A stretch of DNA of 64,000 bases from Chrysomallon squamiferum. Its lineage: Eukaryota; Animalia; Mollusca. The position numbers and the translations under genes are program-made. The stretch is taken from assembly GCA_012295275.1 (NCBI GenBank), contig CM022672.1:5208001-5272000 (forward strand), read 5' to 3'. Below are positions 57,621 through 64,000 of the stretch, piece after piece. The notes beneath the pieces were generated by a model, which was given only the letters and a program-made list of their open reading frames with translations, ran no database searches and was not told where the DNA came from. How positions within the stretch are numbered: the stretch's first letter is position 1; each line of letters opens with the position of its first letter.

Positions 57621-58739
57621 AGGTTTACATCTATGTATTTATACTTGTACAGGTGGGTGGTAGGGTGTGCATGTATGTATTGTATTGATGTATGTGTGGG
57701 TATGTGTTTATATGTATAGGTGTGTATAAATTATATATGTACAATATACTAGGGATGGTAATGATTATATTTTTATGTTGTTTTGTTATTTTTTTTCTCT
57801 CTCTCTCAGGGGGAAAATCATGTTCAATAATTATTTCTGAGAGCACAGTTTTGATCAGCTGCTGATGTAAAAATTATTAGTTTTAAAACAACGATAACAA
57901 CAGCAATAAAAACAAAACAACAACAAAAAAACAAAAACAATAAACAAAACAAAAAACCAACAATAAAGAAACAAAAATATTTCACAATACTTACAAATGT
58001 ATATAATTTTTTTCATCATACAAACACACACACGTACATACACACGCACACAAACACACTAATATTTCACAGATATAAACACACACTCACGCACACACAC
58101 ACACACACACGCCAAACACGCAAACATACTAATATTTCACAGACACATTTTACATCCTGAATAAAATAACATCATTTTAAAGATTAGTTATTAAATATGA
58201 TTCATTATTACTGTTCTTTATCATCCGTTTACAAAGAAAATATTCCTAATTTTACATAACATGTAATAAACACCACAAAAATTAAATTGCATACATCATT
58301 TGAAATACTAAAGTACAAAACAAAAAACCGTAGGAATTTTGTTTATTATAAAAACTGAAATTATTATTTTAACTGAATTTGCATCACATGTTTTACATTA
58401 TGTTATATTAATAACTTTATATTATATTGTATTATATTGTATTGTATTATATTATATTATATAGTATTATCTTATATTATATTGTATTGTATTATATTAT
58501 ATTATATTATATCATATTATATTATATTATACTAGTTTATATTTTATTGTTATTATTATATGATGTTGCTAGTATTATTATTTCTGTTACTTTACATAAT
58601 ACTAATACTACTAATACTACTACTACTAATAATAGTAGTAGTAGTAGCATTAGTAGTAGTAATTGTAGTAGTAGTAATTGTAGTAGTAGTGGTAGTAGTA
58701 GTAGTAGCAGCAGCAGCAGTAGTATATATATATATATAT

Positions 58740-58744
<5 letters not shown>

Positions 58745-58810
<66 letters not shown>
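58745..58810. repeat. (TG)n microsatellite
   Basis: Direct observation. Confidence 0.95.
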
Positions 58811-58812
<2 letters not shown>

Positions 58813-59489
58813 TGAGTGTGTGTTTATATATATATTTATATATATAAGAAACCAAAAACAAAAAGAAAACAAAAACAACAGGGACACTAAGAGAAGAATC
58901 GGCTTGGGAACGACGTAGACTGAGACACGTTCGACTGGGGACATGTTTCGTTTATTAAACGTGAACAGACCCACGGCGGTCCTCGACGTGGGCTCCCGTC
59001 TCGTCGGAAGTGGTCGACATAGCGAAGTCGCATTTCGGAGCCCGCCTTCCGTTGCGTGGTTTCCTCTTTATTGTGCGGCGCACCGTCCCGCTGACGGGGA
59101 AAGACCGAAAGCGGCGTTGTTGTGAATACCACGCGACACTGCGGAATTGAAATCATTTGTATCATTTGCAGAGAGTTAGCAGAAACACCAGCAAACGGTC
59201 GCTTTCCTTATGGGTTCATTTTCGTGAGAGCGGATGCACATAGCTTATAATTATAGCCGTGTTTTTTGTGTTTGTTTTTTTTTGAGAATAGATGTAAAAC
59301 AATGAAATCTCTGCTTTTATAAGGCAGACTGAAAAATGAAATTGTTTGTCTTGTACTCAAAAAAAGAGGTGTTTTTTTGGTATATAGTCGTAATTAAGCT
59401 GTTGTTGTGGTTGTGATTATTATTGTTGTTGTTGTTTTGTTGTAATTATTATTATTATTAATAACAGTAGTAGTAGTAGTAGTAGTAAC

Positions 59490-59524
<35 letters not shown>

Positions 59525-59979
59525 AGTAATAGTAGTAGCAACAGTACAAATGTTGCTTTTACAAATGTTATTACTGATAATAACAAAGTCAAAAATATTT
59601 ATATTCTTTTTAATTAGAACAAAATAATACGGCATGATAATATGGAATAATATAATACAATGTACTTTAATATAATATAATATTTCAACATGACACCAAA
59701 AATCTAAAATAAATCAATTAATTAAAAAAACTGGTAGAATTAATTTATAAAAATAAATAGATATTAAGAAAAATAAATTACTGTTACAAGATAAACATAA
59801 TAACAAAACAACATTTAATTATGATTACAGACGGTTATAGCTAGATAATCCTTTTTAACTGTGCATGTTTGTATTTTTGTATTTAAATGTGTACACGTAT
59901 ATATGTGCAGATGTATTTATATGTAAATGTTTTTATAATTGTTTATAATTATGTAGCTATGTAAGTGTGTGTAAGTGTT

Positions 59980-60049
<70 letters not shown>

Positions 60050-60893
60050 GTTTTGTGTGTGTGTGAGTTTGTGTGACTAACAGTTTAGCAACACATGATG
60101 ATAATCGTTGTTCCAAATTTTCAATTTTGGAAATTGTAAGCTATAAATTTAGCGCCATTAATTTATGTCTGACCTCCATAATAGACACGTCAATTCGTCG
60201 TATTAATGAAACATCACTGGTTCCAATCCATGGAACAAAGATGAAGTGACTGAGATAATCCAAACAACAACATGGATCTGTCCCTCTAACTAATAAAGAC
60301 ATTTACTAACGTACCAACAACATAACTAACAAACGGTAACAGCAACAGATAATGCAGAATAAATATGTTTTGAAATCAGTACTTCAGAATGCTAGAAATA
60401 CAAGAAGAAGAAGAACGAAGGAAGGAAACGACAGTGAAGACATTTTTCTAAAGGACACTTTGACAGGACTGAAACTTCGAAAAATGATTAACTACTCTAA
60501 AACTGCCTCCTCTGGAAAATGACAAAGAGAGATAACACGAGTAATAGAAGCATTATTATTTTCCGATTCGGCTGAGCCGGGGTCAGGCCGCGTGGTATTA
60601 TGACGTTCTCTGGAAAGGAGAAAACGACTGATCTAGGGAGCGATAAGACCCCGATCTGTGAGATGGATTATAAACGCCGGTCACCTCTGACTCATTGTAC
60701 TTCAGTTATTATTCACAAAGCCATTCCGTCGTAGTGGCGAGTCGTAAAGTATTGCCGAGTGTGAACACGAGGGAGACGTCGGTTTTACAACGTCCACGTG
60801 CTGATTTGTCTGCCCCTGAAGCACGAGAATGTTTGTCAAGGCTTGAACGATGCGTACCATGCAGTTACATAGGTGTTTTTTTTAAAAAGAGAG

Positions 60894-61130
60894 TTTATTT
60901 TGAATGATACATTCGTGTTATTGTCTGATTTTCCAACTTACTTTTATATTTATATTTTATATTTAAAAAAAAAAAAAATTATATTTTACAAAAATTACCG
61001 TATTTTTAAAAACGGTTTATTTTGAATGATACATTCGTGTTATTGTCTGATTTTCCAACTTACAATAACTTTTATATTTTAAAAAAAATTACCCTATTTT
61101 CAAAAACAGTTTATTTTGAATGAAACATTC
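60894..61130 (+). repeat. Local tandem duplication (gtttattttgaatgatacattcgtgttattgtctgattttccaacttac x2 plus partial third copy)
   Basis: Copies at ~60894, ~61015 and ~61109. Confidence 0.85.
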
Positions 61131-61793
61131 ATGCTAATGCAGTTTGCCTCAGCTCGTGTCAAGTGATATTATAAGGTATACTTGATTGGAAGTTGTAACG
61201 ATACTTTCAGTGCTATTACAGTATTTTTCAACTCATACGAAATTTCATCTTCATATCCTTTACTATCATTATTACAATCAACTAAGCTGAAGTTTGAACA
61301 GTACATTGAATATTATTAGGGTTACTGCGTTATATTTTTTGTTTAACTCATATATTTGCACAGTATATGTTAAACTATTATCATATTTTGAAACCTTCAT
61401 CATTTTTCTTGCTGTTTTATTTCAACTAATATGGCCGTTTTAACCGATTCGTCTACACAAAAAAAACATAATTCCTATTGACTTTCGTGTGTGTGGGCAT
61501 GAAAATATTTAGAGACGCAATTAAATTACCGAATACTCTGGAACACCCTGGAACATTCTGCAAATATTGATTGATTATGTACATACTTTCAAAATAGACA
61601 CGACAAAAACTGAATTAATCTTCACTTTGCTGATGTAATGACATTGTTTATAAATATACTATGAATACAAATTTCATTAAACTGTACGCTAATTATCAGT
61701 TTGGATATATATTATTTACTGCTTTGTCTTTGTTCAAGCTTTGTTAATGTTTCTGATATCTGTCTATTTTAGTTAATCTCTCTATCTCTGACC

Positions 61794-61866
<73 letters not shown>

Positions 61867-61990
61867 TAGATAGATAGATAGATAGATATAGATATAGATA
61901 GACAGACAGACAGACAGACAGATAGATAGATAGATAGATAGATAGAGATAGATAGACAGATAGACAGACAGACAGAAACAGATAGATAGA
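61794..61990. repeat. Compound (TC)n(TA)n(GATA/GACA)n microsatellite
   Basis: Direct observation. Confidence 0.9.
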
Positions 61991-62869
61991 AAATACATAT
62001 GATAGATAAAGATATACAAAGTTGGCTGAAAGAAAATACATAAAAAAAACAAAAGTCAATTAATAGAAAAATAAAAAATAAAAAAAATTAATGTCGAAAA
62101 GATTCTGAAAATCCTTTGAAAAAAAAACAATCATTAAGAATTGAATGTCACTGTAATCTGCATTTTATGGAGGCAAAAATTCACTCGGATGAGCATCTCC
62201 AGACAGACGTAAGCAAGTAAATAAAAACAAAAATTAGTAGCTGGATTTTAAACTAATGTTTGTTAATCATGCTCACCTTCTGTTCCAGAGGGAGTTTTCA
62301 CAGTCTGAAGAGACACGTAATGAAAGACATGTGAAAAGTCTAGAGAACTTTACGTAAATATTTGACTCACACTTTCATCAGTCTCATTAAAAATACATAT
62401 CCAGGTGAGAGAAAAAAAAAAAACAAAAAGAAAAAGAGAGAAAGAATAGTAACGATAGTAGTTGCTGTCGTTGTCGTAATAATTACGTTGTAGTATCTGT
62501 TATTAGTGCAAATAAACGTAGCTGCAGTGGTGGTAGTAGTACTGGTGGTAAAGGTGCACCAGTAGTATTAGCAGCAGTAGCAGCAGCAGTAGTAGTAGTA
62601 GTAGTAGTAGAGTAATAGCAATAATAGTTGTAGTACTATTAGTAGTAGTAATACAAATGAATGTATTTGGAGCAGCTTTGGAAAAAGTACTGATAGAAGT
62701 ACTAATAGTAATATAAATAATAAACTATCCCCTGAACTCTCTGTGACTATAGAGCGGCAACCTGAATACAAAATTTTCATATACAATTTAATGGTGGGGT
62801 TTATTAGAATTTATAAGTAATATAAAAATAAATAAATAAATAATAGACATATATATATACATACATACA

Positions 62870-62905
<36 letters not shown>

Positions 62906-62912
62906 TATATAC

Positions 62913-62944
<32 letters not shown>

Positions 62945-63048
62945 TAATAATAATAATAATAGTGATAACAATAACAATAACTAGTTATAATAGCAATATA
63001 ATAGTAGCAGTAGTAATAGCAGCAATAGTAATAGTAGTAGCATAATAA

Positions 63049-63104
<56 letters not shown>

Positions 63105-63559
63105 ATAGTAGTAGCAGTGTTGTTGTTTTTGTAGCAGTATTACAGTAGCAGTGATGGTAGTATTACTTTATACAAACCCCCACACACACCGACTTCCCAC
63201 TTCACACAAACCAAACAAAAACTACAACAAAACAAAAACAAAAGAAACAAAAAAAAAAAAAAAAAAAAAAATTCTTCATCGCTATTTTAAAACAGCCTCA
63301 AATTATTTTGCATGTTTTATGAAAACAGAATTAACGGTGGCTGTGTGTAGAACTTGCAAGGAGATGAATAATTGAGAAAGAGCTCAGCGGTTCCGCGTAC
63401 AAATCAGTCGAGATCGCGTGAATGCGCGTCGCTCGTGTGCTGTTTGCTACAATATTCATAACCTAATAAAGTCATAATTAGATACGTCTTAAAAATGCAT
63501 GCGAGTGCAAAGGTTGACAGTTAGCGTGGCAAAAATACGCACGGTTTATATTTCTGTTG

Positions 63560-63857
63560 TATAGTGACCGGCGTATTCGTTTGGGGTATAATGACTGGCG
63601 TATTCGTTTGGGGGTATAATGACTGGCGTATTCGTTTGGGTATAATGACTGGCGTATTCGTTTGGGTATAATGACTGAAATATTCGTACGAGTATAATGA
63701 CTGGCGTATTCGTTTGGGGTATAATGACTGAAATATTCGTACGAGTATAATGACTGGCGTATTCGTTTGGGGTATAATGACTGGCGTATTCGTTTCAGTA
63801 TAATGACTGAAATATTCGTACGAGTATAATGACTGGCGTATTCGTTTGCGTATAATG
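63560..63857 (+). repeat. 26-28-bp minisatellite with two interleaved unit types, 11 units
   Basis: A=TATAATGACTGGCGTATTCGTTTGGG(G), B=TATAATGACTGAAATATTCGTACGAG. Confidence 0.92.
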
Positions 63858-64000
63858 TAATGATCTGCGTATTTGTTCGACAGACGTTTCATTATTTTGC
63901 GACGTTTTAAAGTATTAAATAGCTTTTATTGATGTAGTTGTTGTTGCAGTTGTTGTTGTTGTAATTATTATCGTCTTTAGCATCATTATTTACAATATTA

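Noticed and set aside
62291-62345. TGAAAGACATG matches the first 11 nt of miR-71 and lies in a weak hairpin
   Set aside because: The rest of the mature sequence does not match, the stem is only ~15 bp, and no miR-2 cluster follows.
63560-63857. CRISPR-like appearance of regularly spaced repeats (also 47754-48060)
   Set aside because: No unique spacers, no cas genes, eukaryotic intron-containing context; these are tandem repeats.

Overview
Animal (invertebrate, probably molluscan/lophotrochozoan; the taxon is inferred) genomic DNA with two very different halves. 1-~17.9 kb: the 3' ~80% of a + strand LDL-receptor-family gene with vitellogenin-receptor (yolkless-like) architecture. I reconstructed 29 in-frame coding exons (4,469 nt, ~1,490 aa): YWTD propeller-EGF-YWTD-EGF-8x LDLa-EGF-cbEGF-YWTD-EGF-Ser/Thr-rich stalk-EGF-TM-cytoplasmic tail. 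The 5' end lies upstream of the window. Keeping the frame requires up to three GC-AG introns. Downstream of the stop codon, the same frame continues through two stops into an NPxY-rich 'ghost' tail. One intron carries a cluster of nuclear-receptor half-sites. ~18.4-64 kb: no recognisable host protein gene. It is a CpG-retaining gene desert of ~30 complex-sequence islands (enhancer/promoter-like, with Hox-Pbx-Meis, E-box, NF-kB and DR1 motifs) separated by AT-rich microsatellite spacers. It also holds a decayed L1/Tx1-type LINE 3' end and two structured minisatellites. No rRNA, tRNA, CRISPR or recognisable miRNA was found. Motif-level regulatory calls are inferences from short consensus matches.
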